From the NCBI GenBank assembly GCA_050118395.1, contig JASFKY010000001.1:1-48943 (forward strand): a stretch of DNA of 48,943 nucleotides. Reading direction: 5' to 3'. A model generated the notes under the pieces. It searched no databases. It saw nothing but the letters and a program-made list of their open reading frames with translations, and had not been told where the DNA came from. This document shows positions 20,771 to 32,900 of this stretch, piece by piece. The stretch comes from Myxococcales bacterium (GTDB lineage Bacteria > Myxococcota_A > Polyangia > Polyangiales > Houyiibacteriaceae). A program made the translations under genes and the position numbers. How positions within the stretch are numbered: position 1 is the first letter of the stretch; the number at the start of each line of letters is the position of its first letter.

Positions 20771-22030
20771 CTAGTCCTCGAGGAAGCGCTTCATGACCTC
20801 GATCATCTTGGGGACGTCTGCAGCCGCCGCGAGCTCGCGGCACGAGTGCATCGAAAGCATGGGATTGCCCACGTCCACGGTGCGTATGCCGAGCTCCGCC
20901 GCCGTAATCGGGCCGATCGTGCTCCCGCAGCCGAGGTCCGAGCGAACGACGAAGCGTTGCGTGCCGACGTCGGCGGCGCGCGCCCAGCGCTCGAAAGCCG
21001 CCCAGCTTTCGCCGTCTGTGGCATACGACTGATTCACGTTGATCTTCACGACCGGGCCCGCTCCGAGCAGGGGCTGATGCTTGGGCTCGTGAAGGTCGGC
21101 ATAGTTCGGGTGCAGGGCATGGGCCATGTCTGCGGAGATTAGAAACGAGCGCGCCACGGCTCGGTGATAGTGCTCTAACGAATCGCCCGAGAGCCGGTGC
21201 AAGCAACTGCGAAGAAAGTCCGAAGCAGCGCCTTGGGCGCTGCGGCTGCCGACCTCCTCGTGATCGTAGAGCACGATGCCCCGGGTGCGCTCGGCATCGG
21301 TGTCGCTCGCGGTCAACGCCGTGACGGCCGCGTGGCAGCTGGCGAGGTTGTCGAGCCTGCCTGCATGCACGAGCTCGCGGGACGGACCGCTCAACGTCGC
21401 CGGCTGCAAGTCGTAGGCCATCAAGTCCCAAGCGAGGATTTGCTTGGCCGTGACGTCGCCCAGCTCCTCGGCGACCAGGGTGCGCAGATCGAAGTCCTGC
21501 AGCCCGTTCAGCCCAACCACCGGCGCCATGTGCTTTTGCGCATTGAGTTGCAGGCCCTCGACATTCACTTTCCGATTCAAATGAATCGCGAGCGATGGAA
21601 CCCGCATCAACGCGCGCGCGAAGTCGATCAGACGCGCGCTTCCGTCTTCGAGCCAAACCCGGCCGGCTAGGGAAAGGTCGCGATCGAGCCAGGTGTGGAG
21701 GAGCAAACCTCCATACGGCTCCACACCGAGTTGCATCGTACCGGCTTGCTTCAGCTCTGGGTTGGGCTTGATGCGAAGGTTTGGAGAGTCGGTGTGGGCG
21801 CCGATGACGTGGAACCCGGCTTCTCGAGGGGGCGAAGCCCCGAAGTGAAACGCTGCCAGCGAGCCGCCGCCTCGGATGACGTAGACCTTGTCCCCGGCCT
21901 CGACGTTCCAGCGATTCGCCTCGTCGAGCTCCACGTACCCTCGAGACTCGAGCCGCTTGACGGTCTCTCTGACCGCATGAAACGGGGTCGGGGAGGCGTT
22001 GATGTAGTCGAGGAGATCTTGGACTGCCAC
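20771..22030 (-). CDS. apeB: M18 family aminopeptidase (aspartyl aminopeptidase-like)
   Basis: LLDYINASPTPFHAV, IGAHTDSP, YDHEEVGS and SADMAHALHPNY motifs. The GTG start is preceded by AAGGAG. Confidence 0.88.
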   Translation of the reverse strand: MAVQDLLDYINASPTPFHAVRETVKRLESRGYVELDEANRWNVEAGDKVYVIRGGGSLAAFHFGASPPREAGFHVIGAHTDSPNLRIKPNPELKQAGTMQLGVEPYGGLLLHTWLDRDLSLAGRVWLEDGSARLIDFARALMRVPSLAIHLNRKVNVEGLQLNAQKHMAPVVGLNGLQDFDLRTLVAEELGDVTAKQILAWDLMAYDLQPATLSGPSRELVHAGRLDNLASCHAAVTALTASDTDAERTRGIVLYDHEEVGSRSAQGAASDFLRSCLHRLSGDSLEHYHRAVARSFLISADMAHALHPNYADLHEPKHQPLLGAGPVVKINVNQSYATDGESWAAFERWARAADVGTQRFVVRSDLGCGSTIGPITAAELGIRTVDVGNPMLSMHSCRELAAAADVPKMIEVMKRFLED

Positions 22031-22039
22031 GTGGCTCCT

Positions 22040-22960
22040 TTACCTGGCGAGTGACCGAACGCCTGCGCGATGCACTTTCCCCGGCAGCTCGCGGCCCACG
22101 ATGGCTTCTGCAACCTGGCCCGCCTGCCACAGCTTCGGCAAATCGATGTCGGTTTCGATGCCCATGCCGTGAAGCGTATATACCAAATCCTCGGTGGCGA
22201 GGTTGCCCGCGGCGCCTGGGGCATAAGGGCAACCGCCCAAGCCTGCCACGGATGCGTCGAAAGTGGTGACCCCCATCTGCAGCCCCATCAAAACGTTCGC
22301 CAGAGCCGTGCCCCGCGTGTCGTGCAGGTGCAATGCGATCTGCTCGGCCGGCACGTGGGCCATGAAGAGCTCGAGGATACGCTGTGTTTGAAGCGGTGTG
22401 CCGACCCCGATCGTGTCGCCGAGGGAGACTTGGTAGCAGCCCTCGGCCAAGAGGTGCTGCGCTAGGTCGAGGCCGCGCCGTGGGTCCACCTCGCCTTCGT
22501 AGGGGCACCCCCACATCGTGGATACGTAGGCTCGCACCCTGAGCCCGTGATCGACTGCGGGTCCGATCACAGGCTCGAAGGTCTTGAGCGTTTGCGCGAT
22601 CGTCTTGTTGACGTTCTTGAGGTTATGCGTCTCGCTGGCGCTGACGAAGACGGCGACTTCGTCGAGCTTGGCGGCGATGGCGCGCTCGAGGCCGCGTGCG
22701 TTCGGACAAAGCCCTGCGTAGGTGACGCCCGAACGGCGCTCGATCATGCGGCACACCTGATCGGCATCGGCCATTTGTGGAACCCACTTGGGTGACACGA
22801 AGCTTCCCACCTCGATGCGCTTGATGCCCGCATCGACCAACGCCTCGATGAGGCGGACTTTGGCGTGCGTGGCGACCTGTGCGCTTTCGTTTTGAAGCCC
22901 ATCGCGGGGCGCGACCTCGTAGACCGACACGCGAGAAGGAAAGCTGGCGTCAGAAACCAT
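22040..22960 (-). CDS. Hydroxymethylglutaryl-CoA lyase
   Basis: VSVYEVAPRDGLQNE, GSFVSPKWVPQM, HLHDTRGTALAN and GLGGCPYAPGAAGN motifs. Only 9 nt separate it from the downstream aminopeptidase gene. Confidence 0.9.
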   Translation of the reverse strand: MVSDASFPSRVSVYEVAPRDGLQNESAQVATHAKVRLIEALVDAGIKRIEVGSFVSPKWVPQMADADQVCRMIERRSGVTYAGLCPNARGLERAIAAKLDEVAVFVSASETHNLKNVNKTIAQTLKTFEPVIGPAVDHGLRVRAYVSTMWGCPYEGEVDPRRGLDLAQHLLAEGCYQVSLGDTIGVGTPLQTQRILELFMAHVPAEQIALHLHDTRGTALANVLMGLQMGVTTFDASVAGLGGCPYAPGAAGNLATEDLVYTLHGMGIETDIDLPKLWQAGQVAEAIVGRELPGKVHRAGVRSLAR

Positions 22961-23081
22961 ACATTCCCATCTACAGCGAGTCGGTGTCGGTGAAAAGCCG
23001 GTGACCTGCTTCCATCATTTTCGGGGCGGGTCCGGTTCGATCCCTGGCCCTGCCGGCGGTTATGGTAGATACTGCGCCGCC

Positions 23082-23774
23082 ATGGCCACCCTGACCGCCT
23101 TGATGCTGGCGACGCCGTTGTTCGGGCTGACGCTGCAAATCGATTCAGCCCTTCTCGAAGCGCCGGCCCTTGCCGTCGATCCCGGAGTCGCGCTCGCCGT
23201 CGAGACTCAGACGGTGTTGGAGGAGCCTCACCGGCCGACCACCGCCGACCTGGTCCGCAAGCGCAACAAGATCAAGAAAATCCACAAAGGCTTTGGTCTG
23301 GCCACTTGGTCGCTGATGACCCTGTCGGTGGTCTCTGGTTTCATTCAGTTCCACAACCAATACGGCTGGTGGCAGAGCCAAGCCACCAATCCTTGCGTGC
23401 AGGGCACCGCGATCTTCTCCCAAAAGGCCTGTAGCGGCGTTCCGATCGCCCACGCCAGCCTCATTGCGGCGACCTCGGCTGCATACTTCACCACCTTTGG
23501 GCTGTCGTTCGCCATGCCCGATCCCCTCGAGGTCAGCAAGGGCGACAGCCCCTTTGCCCGCAAGCTACGGGCTCACAAGGCGCTCCGCTGGGTGACGTTT
23601 GCGGGCATGCTCACCCAAATTGCCCTCGGGATCGTCTCGGCGAACGGCCAGTGGTTCGGGCTCGATCGCGCCAACGATTACAAGGCCCTGCGCGGTCTTG
23701 CGACCGCTCATCTGGCCGTGAGCCTGGTGACCTACGGTGCGCTCACCGGGGCCGGGGTCATCATGCTTTTCTGA
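23082..23774 (+). CDS. Integral membrane protein, ~4 TM helices each beginning near a His
   Basis: Hydrophobic N-terminus MATLTALMLATPLFG. Four hydrophobic helices follow, preceded by KIHKG, PIAHAS, RAHKAL and TAHLAV. No family recognised. Confidence 0.55.
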   Translation: MATLTALMLATPLFGLTLQIDSALLEAPALAVDPGVALAVETQTVLEEPHRPTTADLVRKRNKIKKIHKGFGLATWSLMTLSVVSGFIQFHNQYGWWQSQATNPCVQGTAIFSQKACSGVPIAHASLIAATSAAYFTTFGLSFAMPDPLEVSKGDSPFARKLRAHKALRWVTFAGMLTQIALGIVSANGQWFGLDRANDYKALRGLATAHLAVSLVTYGALTGAGVIMLF

Positions 23775-23831
23775 GAGCGACCTCACCAACCTCCAGGTTC
23801 GCCCGACTTTCTGGAAATTCAGGGCTTGCCC

Positions 23832-23900
23832 AAGGATCCGCGGCCCCGCTAACATCTAAGATGCCTGCGGAGTGGGGAGCTTAGGCCGCAGGATCCTTTT
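23832..23900 (+). terminator. Long imperfect hairpin followed by TTTT; candidate intrinsic terminator of the upstream gene and/or leader structure of the giant ORF
   Basis: aaggatccgcggcc (23832-23845) pairs with ggccgcaggatcctt (23884-23898) with one bulged base. The T-run is 23897-23900. Confidence 0.35.
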
Positions 23901-23969
23901 GAATTTGGGGGTTTCATGAGATCACCGAAGGGTGCAAAAATCCTTCCCAATCGGCGGGCGGGCGCGCAG

Positions 23970-26900
23970 ATGTCCGAGCTGACGGTTGCCAACTACCTGG
24001 GCTTGCTGCTCGACGACCCCTACGACTTCCAGCTGATCGAGGGGTTGCGCGAGTCGTTGCGCGGACCCGCACCCGCCAACGAAGGTCAAGATCCTCTCCG
24101 TTTGCTGGAGGCGGCTCGTGGTGGACACGAACGGCGTGGAGAATTTCTCGCCGCGTCGTGGTTGATCGAGCTCGAGTGCGAGCTGGTCATCGACGATCCC
24201 GAGTTTCAAAAGGTGCTGGTCAAAGAGCTCGGCCGTTTGCGGCGCGACGAGCTGATGGATGATCGGGGCGCCTTGTGCGCGTACGAAAAGCTCGGGGGCT
24301 TGGAGTCCGACGATCCCGAGGTTCTGCAGGCTGTCGATCAGATCCATCAGCTCGAGGAAAAGTGGCGCGAGGTGGCGGATCGGTTCATCGAGGAGGCGCG
24401 TGACGCTGCAGACCCTCGCCTCAAGACGTCGCTGCTGACCCGCGCGGCTTCGCTGATGTGGCAGTACGGCGGCAACGACCTCTGCGAGGAAGCAGATGCC
24501 ATCTTCGACGAGGCGTTGGCTGCCGATCCTTCGCACATGCGTACCGCGCGCCAGTATGCGCTCAGCCTTCGGGAGCGAGGTCGTTGGGAAGACGTCGTGT
24601 CCGTCTTCATGCGCGCCGCCAAAGCCGCGCGGACCCGTGACGAGAAGGCCAGCGCGTGGTTGCAGGCAGCCCGGGTGCAGCGCCGTTCCCTCGACGACGC
24701 CGAAGGCGCCGCGGATGCATATCGGAAGGTTCTGGAGCTCACGCCGACCGACCAGGAAGCGCTCGAAGCGCTGGTGCAGCACTACACCGACCTCGAGGCT
24801 TGGGACGAGCTGGCGTCGATGTACGAGAGCGCGTTGCGGTCACGACAAAAGCTCGAAGACGAAAAGGGGATGTTGCTTCAATTGGCCATGGTGCACTGGA
24901 AGTTCCGCAGGGACTCCGATGCGGCCGAGCCTTTTTTCGCGCGTCTTCGCAAGATTGATGCGGCGCACCCCGGGATGCTCCAGTTCTATCGGGAGCAGAT
25001 CGGCGACGATGATCCCAGCGGGCGTTTGCTGACGATCATCGGGGATGCGCTTCGCACGACCACGGACTCCGAGCATCAGCTTCAGCTGGCCAGAGAGCTC
25101 GGCCTCAGAGCGCAAAAAGCAGACCGGCCCGAGCGGGCGCTCGAAGCGTGGAAGATGGTGGAGCGACTCGCGCCGGGAGACCTCGACGCGCGAACTGCAT
25201 TGCAGCAGCTCTACCAGAGCAGCGGCAAATGGAACGCGCTGTCCGAATCGATTCGCGGCGAGATCGAGGCGCTGTCGAGCGACGCGAACGAGCAGAAGAT
25301 CCGGCTGCTGCGAGACCTGGTTCCGATCTATCGCGATGCGTTGAAGCTCGATTCGATGCTGATCCAGGTGTACGGCGAGATCCTGGCCCTGTCGCCGTAC
25401 GACGGAGAAGCGCTCACCGCGCTCGGGGCGCTCTACGAAGACGCCGGCCGCTGGAATGAGCTGATTCAAGTTCTGGAACGTCAGGCCGAGTTGGCCGCGG
25501 AGTTGCCCGACAAAGTGCGCTTGTACCTTCGAGTGGCCCATTTATGGCTGGACCGCTTCGCCAATCTCAATCAGGCGGTGGGGCCGCTCGAGCGCGTCGT
25601 GCGGTTGCAGCCGGACCACGCGGAGGCGCTCGCCCAACTCAAGGACATCTATACGCGCAAACGCAAATGGGAAGCGCTCTTCGGCGTCTTGGGAAGGGAA
25701 GCGGAGCTCGAAACCGAGCCCGCCGCACGACTCGAAAAGAAGATCGAAATGGCCGAGCTCTGCTCGGAGCGACTTCACCACAACGGTGCCGCCATCGCGT
25801 TGTGGAAAGAGATTCTCGACGAACATCCCGAAAGCGAGCGGGGTCTCGACACGCTGGAGAGCCTGGCAGAGCGCGAAAAGGACTGGGACACCTTGGTCGA
25901 GGCCCTTCGCATGCGCGCCGAGGCCTCTTCGAGCGAAAGCGTTCGCCGTGAGCTCTTGCAGCGCATCGGGATGCTTCTCATGGAGCGGCTGGCCAAGCCT
26001 GCGGAGGCGATCGAAGCATGGGAGGCGGTGCTCTCGCTCGATCCGCAAAACAGCCGTGTTCGCCGAATGCTCAGGGACGCGTACGTCAGCCAAGGCGACT
26101 GGGTCTCGCTGCAAGCCCTGTACGAGCGATACGACGATTGGTCCGGTCTGGCCGAGGTGCTGAGCCAAACCGCAGAGCAAGTGGACGAACCGGCAACGAT
26201 CACCACGCTCAGTCTGAGGGCCGCCGAGATCTACCGGGATCGTCTCGACGATCCGAGTCGGGCGGCGCGATGCTACGAGCGAGCGCTCAGGGCCGATCCG
26301 CAAAACGTGGAGGCGGCGACTGGGCTGCTCCCCATGTACGAGCGCGACCGCAAGTGGTCGGAGTACGTGCGCATGCTGGAAATCGTCGTTGCGCACGCCG
26401 CTCCCGACGAAGACGTGGCCTCGTCCCTGAAGCGGCTCGGGTCGCTTCGGAGCGCATGTCTGCACCGTCTGCGCGATCCCGAGGCTTCGCTCGGCTGGGC
26501 GACACGGGCGTATCTATTGGCCCCCGGGGAGCCTGAGGTGGTGGCCGGACTCGAAGAATCGGCCGAGGCCGCCGGCGCCCACGCAGACCTGGTGGCCCTG
26601 TTTCGAGACCGCCTGGAAAATTCCGCCCTCGATCAAGCCGAGCGGCTGGATTTGCAGAGACGCATCGCAGCCATCGCAGGCGAGCGATTGGGCGAGTCCG
26701 AGGAGTCGATTCGGCAGCTCGAGGCCATCCTGCGGGTCGAGCCCGACGATGCAGAAGCCATGGCGGTGCTCGACCGCTTGTACAGGGCCGTACGCCGTTT
26801 TGCCGATTTGCGCGCTCTCTATGAACGCCGACTCGAAAAGGCAACCGATTCGGCCGAGCGGTGGGTGCTTCTGAACGAGGTTGCCCAGGTCGAAGAGGAG

Positions 26901-29900
26901 CAGCTCGGAGACCTCCCGGCGGCCGCCGAAAGGCACTGGCAGATCCTCGAGAGCAATCCGCACGACGTCGATGCGCTGCTCGCGGTCGAGCGGCTCTCCC
27001 AGCAGCTCAAGCAATGGGACAGGCTCGACGCCGCGCTCGCGCGACGGTTGCAGTCCAAGATGAGCGACGAAGACCGTCTGTCGGTGTATCTGCAGCTCGC
27101 CGATCTGCGGCGCATTCATTTGGGGGACGCTGCGGGTGCGCTCGAGTGTTATCGCAGCGCGCTCGATCTCGATGGACGCAACGAGGTGGCCATCGCGGGC
27201 CTCGAGGCGCTGTCGGCCGAGGGCGGAGGAGTCGGAGTCGAGGCGATCGACCTCTTGGAGCCTGCCTACGCAAAGCGTGGTCACTTCGACCGGCTCGCGG
27301 GGCTCCTGCACAAGCGGCTGGAGCAAGCCGAGGGCGCAGAGGAGCGTCGTGTGCTTCAGCTGCGTCTTGCCGACCTTGCGGGCTCCGAGCTCGGTGATGC
27401 CCGGGGGGCTTATCAGGCGGTCGAATCCGCTTTTCTCGACGATCCCACCGACCTCGATTTGTTCGAACGCCTCGGCGGGGTTGCCGAAGCAGCCGACATG
27501 CACGAGGCCTTTGCCCGGGCACTGAGCAAAGCTGTCGACGGAGCGGCTGCCGGTAGCGACATCGAGCTGACTCTATGCCGGCGAGCCGCAGAGCTCTTCG
27601 ACGTGATGCTCGGCCTTCCCGAGGATGCCGCCCGCTTCCACCGGCGCGTGTTGGAACGAGAGCCCGGCGATACTGCGGCTTTTACCGCCCTCAAACAGCT
27701 CTACACCAAGCAGGAGGAGTGGGACGATTTGCGCGCGCTCTATCAGCAGCGCATCGAGGCGACGACTGACGCGACGACCAAGCTCGACTTGCTCCTGCAG
27801 CTGTGTTTCCTCTTCGAAGAGATCCTCGACGAGCCCAAGCAGGCCATCGCGAGCTACGAGGAGGCCGTCGAGCTCGATCCGACGCACACGCCGTCCCGTC
27901 GCGCGCTTCAGCGCTTGTACGCGCGGCTCGGTCGTTGGTCGGAGCTGTCCGAGCTGCTTCAGCGCGACCTCGACGAGGCGGAAGGGCAGGAGGCCGTCGA
28001 TCTGGCCTACGAGCTGGCCACGATCTATGAAACGCGGCTGGACCGGTTCGTCGACGCGGTCGACCACTACGAGCGGGTGCTCGAATCCAGCCCGACCCAC
28101 CTTCGAGCGCAGGAAGGTTTGCAACGGCTCATGGAAAAGCGCGACCAGCGGCAGCGCGTCGCGGCAATCCTACAGCCGATCTTCGAGAGCCAGGGTGCTT
28201 GGGGTGAGCTTGCGAAGGTGCTCGAGGTGCAGCTCGAAGACCTCACCGAGCCTGCTTCGCGGGCCGCGCATCTGAGCCGGCTGGGCGAGCTGAGCGAAAT
28301 CAAGCTTCGGGATGACGGGTTGGCCTTTGCCGCTTATGCGCGGGCGGTTCGTGAAGACGTGGCCGATGGGAGCGCACGAGCCGATCTGGCTCGTTTGGCT
28401 TCGAAGCTCGACCGGCATCCGGAGCGCGCCGAGCTATTGGAATCGGGGCTCGACGCAGTCGGGGACGACTTCGTACGAACCGAGGTTCTGCTCGAGCTGG
28501 CGGAGCTTTGGGACGTTTCGGCCCCCGATCCCGAGCGTGCCGAGCGAGCGTACCAGCAGCTGATCCGCTTCGAACGCGACAACCCCGACATCGTGTTGAA
28601 AGCCTCCCGCGCGCTCGAGCGTTTGCATCGAGCCGGGGGACGACATGGAGACCTTGCCCAGGACCTTCGGCGCCAGATTCGCTTCGAAGAGGACGAGTCG
28701 CGTCGAGATGAGCTCTTCCCCATGCTCGCAGAGCTGCTCGAAACCGAGCTCGGGGACCCCGAGGCCGCGATCGAGGTTCACGAGCAGAGACTGGAGCTCG
28801 ATCCCACCCAAACCGAGGCTTTGTCGGCGCTGGAGCGCCTTTACGAGCAGCAGGGCCGCTGGGAGCCGTTGGTGGGCGTGCTGGAACGCAAGGTCGAGCT
28901 CAGCACGGACGAGCATGACCAGCTCGTGCTGTGCCGTCGAATCGCCGAGACCTACGAGCAGAAACTCGGCAGCATCGACCGGGCCGTCGATTCCTACCGG
29001 GACGTCATTTCGAGGTTCGGATCGGACGACAGCAGTCTTCGCGCGCTTTCGCGGCTCTATCGGCAAACGGAGCGTTGGCACGAGTTGCTCGACGTCGCCG
29101 AAATCCGCGCAGAAGCTGCCGCGGATCCCGAGGAGCGGATCGCGCATCGATTCGAGGCCGCAGAGCTCATGAGGACTCGCACCGCGGAGACCGAGCGGGC
29201 ATTTTCGGCGTATGGCGAGATTTTGGTCGACAGCCCGGGGCACGGGCCCACGCTGCAAGCCCTCGAAGAGATGACGACGGGGGCGGACCGCCCCTTGCGC
29301 TTTGCGGCCGCCAACACGCTCTTCGAGCAGTATCAGAGCGACGGACGCCACGCCGACCAGATCCGCATGCTCGAGGTCATCGCGGCCGGCGACGAACCGA
29401 TCGAGCGCGTGCGCGCGCTGCTTCGAGCGGCCGAGATCAGCGAAACCGGACGCGAGGACATCGATGCTGCTTTCGTGTTCACCGGAAGAGCGCTGCGGGA
29501 CGGCGTCGACTTGGACGATCTCGAACGGGTCCTCGCCGAGTACGGACGACAGGCCGACACCACCGGGCGTTTTTCCGAGCAGGTCGCCACGTTAGCGACC
29601 ATCGCACCCGAGCTCCTCGATGCCGAGCTGCGAACCAAGGTGCGAATGCAGGCAGCCCGGGTTGCGATGGAGCACCTCGGAGACGCCGATTTCGCGCGGG
29701 CCCAATATCAGCGTGTCCTCGAGGAGCAGCCCGACCACCGGACCGCGCTCGATGCGCTGCTCACACTGGTCGAGGAGGTCGGCGCAACCCGGGAGCTGGC
29801 GGAGCTCCTACGACGGAAGATCGAGCTGTCGGATGACCCGGAAGAGCGTGCAGAGCTGCTGGTGCGCCAGGCGCATCTCTTTCAAAGCGAGCTCGACGAC

Positions 29901-32900
29901 CCCGACTCCGCCATCGAGGCGCTCGACCAGGCGCTCAGCGAGAACGAACATCCCCTGGCGTACGAAGGTCTGGAACGACTCTATCGACGCACGCGCCAAT
30001 GGGACGCCCTCGCCACCCTGTACGAGCGGGAAATCGACCAACGCGTGGGGGACCCCGCGGCGGTGCGATACGAGCTCGGCGAGATCTGCCTGCAGCGGCT
30101 AGACGAGCCGTGGCGAGCCATCGACCAGTTTCGGGAGGCGCTGAGCCAAAGTCCCGAGCACGAGCCGACGGTGCGCGCGCTGGAGTCGTTGGTGGAGCGA
30201 TCCGAATATCGAGGCGCCGCAGCCGAGCTGCTCGAGCCTTTGTACCTGCGACGGATGGAGTGGGACAAAGTGACCCGCATTCTCGAGGCGCGGCTCGAAG
30301 GAGAAACGAACCCGGCGCAGCGCTTGGAGCTCTTGCGGCACTTGGGCGACGTGCAGGAGTCGCACCTCGAAGATCTCGATGGTGCGCTCGAGACATACGG
30401 GCGCCTCTTTTCGGAGGACCCCCACGACGAGCACAGCAAGGAGACCCTCACGCGGCTGGCGCGCTCGCTCGGCCGATGGGATCGGCTGGCGGCCATTTTC
30501 GACAAGACCCTGCGGGCGGTGGAGGTCGATGACGGCGACACCGCGGCCTTGGCGCTGACCACCGCCAAGCTCTACGACGAACGGCTCGAAGAGCTCGACC
30601 GGGCTGGCTACTTCTATCAGCGGGCGCTCACCTACGACCCGAGCCACAAGGAAGCGGGTCGGGCCCTGGCCTCGGTCTATGCTCGAAGCGCACGCTGGGA
30701 TGCGCTGCTCGAGCTCGACCGGGAGCGGGAGAGCTTTTCCGATTCGGATGCGGAGCGGGTCGCGATTCTGCACGAAATCGCCCGGATCGAAGTCGACGAG
30801 CTCGGCTTGTCGGAGGACGCGATCATCACGTTTCGGCGCATCGTCGAGGTGGATCCCAAGGACAAGGAAGCGATCCGCCGGCTCGACGAGCTACTCGAAG
30901 CGGCCGAGCGCTGGGAAGACCTCGCCGCGCACGTCGAGTTTCAAATCGACAATGCCCCCGACGGGCGTACGGGGCTCGAGCTCCGTCAACGGTTGGGGTC
31001 CCTCACTGAAAGCAAGCTCCAAAACCCGGCCTCCGCGCTCGACATCTTCGAAGACATTCTCGCCGATCGACCAGACTACGAGCCCGCGCTCCAGGCCGTC
31101 TCGCGCTGGGTGAGCGATGCCGACCACGGCCCGCGCGCAGTCGACATTCTAGAGCCGATCCACCGGCAGGCCGACGACTGGAAGGCACTGGCCGAGGTGT
31201 TGCGTTCCAAGGCCGAGCAGGGAACCGATTCCTTCGAGCGTGCCGAGATTTGGCGCGAAATCGCCCAGATCCGGGAGGGAAGGGGCCGGGACGCCGAAAG
31301 CGCTTTCGACGCATGGGGCCGCGCATGGGTAGCCGAGCCCGCCGACGAAACCACCCGCGCCGAGGTGTACCGCCTGGCCGCCTCGCTGCGCTGCTGGGAA
31401 GCGTACATCGAAACGTGCGAGCGCGCGGTTTCGGCGACGGAGGAGCCGGCGCTTCGGGGCTCCATCCTCCGGAGCGTGGCGGAGACTCGAGACCAGGAGC
31501 TCGGGGACCCACGCGGCGCCATCGACACCCACCGACGGGTATTCGAGGCTGATCCTGACGCCGAGGAAAGTCTCGACCAGCTGGAAGGCTTGCAAGTCAT
31601 GGTCGGAGATTGGCAAGGGCTTGCATGGGTTTACGAGAGAAAGCTCGATCGCGCCCACGATGCCGAGGCGCGAGCCCAGCTCCTCAATCGGCTGGGCGCC
31701 CTCTACGAGGAACAGCTCTCGGACCCGGAGCGCGCCGTGTCGTACTTCGAGCAGGCCACCGGGGAGAGCCCTGACGACCCGGACGCCTACGTGGCCCTCG
31801 ATCGCCTCTTCGCATCGGTCAACGACTCGGAGAGGCTGGCGGGGGTGCTCGAGCGCCGCATGCAAATCGAAATCGACCCTGAGGTCGTGGTGGAGCTCGG
31901 GCTTCGCCTCGCGGAGCTGTACGAGGCGCAGCTCGGACGGCCCGATGCGGCCTGCGACGCGCTCCGAGCGGTCGTCGAGGCCGACCCCGAGCATCGAGGC
32001 GCCCTCGAGGGGCTGAGCCGGCTCTATGAGCGTCAGGCCCAGTGGCCGGAGCTGGTCGATGTGCTTCGGCAGCGGGCGGATGCCGCGATCCACGAATCCG
32101 AGAGGGTCCTACTCACCCATCAGCTCGGCAACGTCTTGGAGCGCGAGCTCGATGACGAGCTGAGCGCCATCGCGGTCTACGGTCAGGTCCTGCGGATCGA
32201 TCCGACGCACGAGCCTTCGGTGCGAGCGCTGCTGCGAATCACCAAGCTCGACGACTATCGCGAAGATGCCGCGGCCGTGGTGGAGCCCCATCTGCGGGCG
32301 CAGGCTCGGTGGAACGACCTCGCGACCCTTCTTCGGTTGCGCGCCGATGCAATGACCGACCCCCACCAAAAGGCCGAGCAACTGGTGGCGCTGGCGGACG
32401 TGCATGAGCAGGGTCGCCAAGATCCCAATGCGGCGCTCGATGCGCTCTTGCAGTCGATCGGCGAGCGTGCCGACGATGACGAGATCCTCGATCGCGCCGA
32501 ACAGCTGGCCCGAAGCCTGCAGCGTTGGTCGGATTTGATCGACGTGTTGTTCACGGAGGCGAGCGCCAACTTGGATGCGGATCGCGGCGCGGCGCTTTAC
32601 CGGCGCGTAGCCCGAATTTGTGAAGAGGATCTGCGTGACTTGAGCCGAGCGATCGAAGCGCACGAACGCGCCCGCTTGCTGCTCGGGGACGAACCTTCGA
32701 CGTTGGAGGCGCTCGATCGGCTCCTCCAAGCCACCGGTCAATGGGAACGGCTGCACGACGTGATCTCGCGGCGCTTGGACCTGCAGGATGCAGATCGCCC
32801 TACGTTGCTGCTCCGACAGGGTCGGCTTCGGGCAAGCCATCTCGGGGACTTCGAGGGAGCTCTGGGAGCCTATCAGAGGGCCATGGAGCAGGATCCAGGG

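Noticed and set aside
20727-22514. 595-aa minus-strand ORF, together with many other long alternative-frame or antisense ORFs (for example 8540..10033, 11188..12690, 6992..8428, 32109..33815, 42064..43689, 26514..27503)
   Set aside because: These are shadow ORFs, typical of high-GC DNA. Their translations are Arg/Pro/Gly/Ala-rich and non-protein-like, and each lies over a frame that encodes a clearly recognisable protein with proper GC3 bias.
23916-23969. Upstream ATG at 23916 as the start of the giant ORF
   Set aside because: The 18 extra codons are rich in A/T-ending codons (aga, tca, gca, aaa, ctt, aat), unlike the rest of the gene. I cannot exclude it, because a GGGGG run precedes it.
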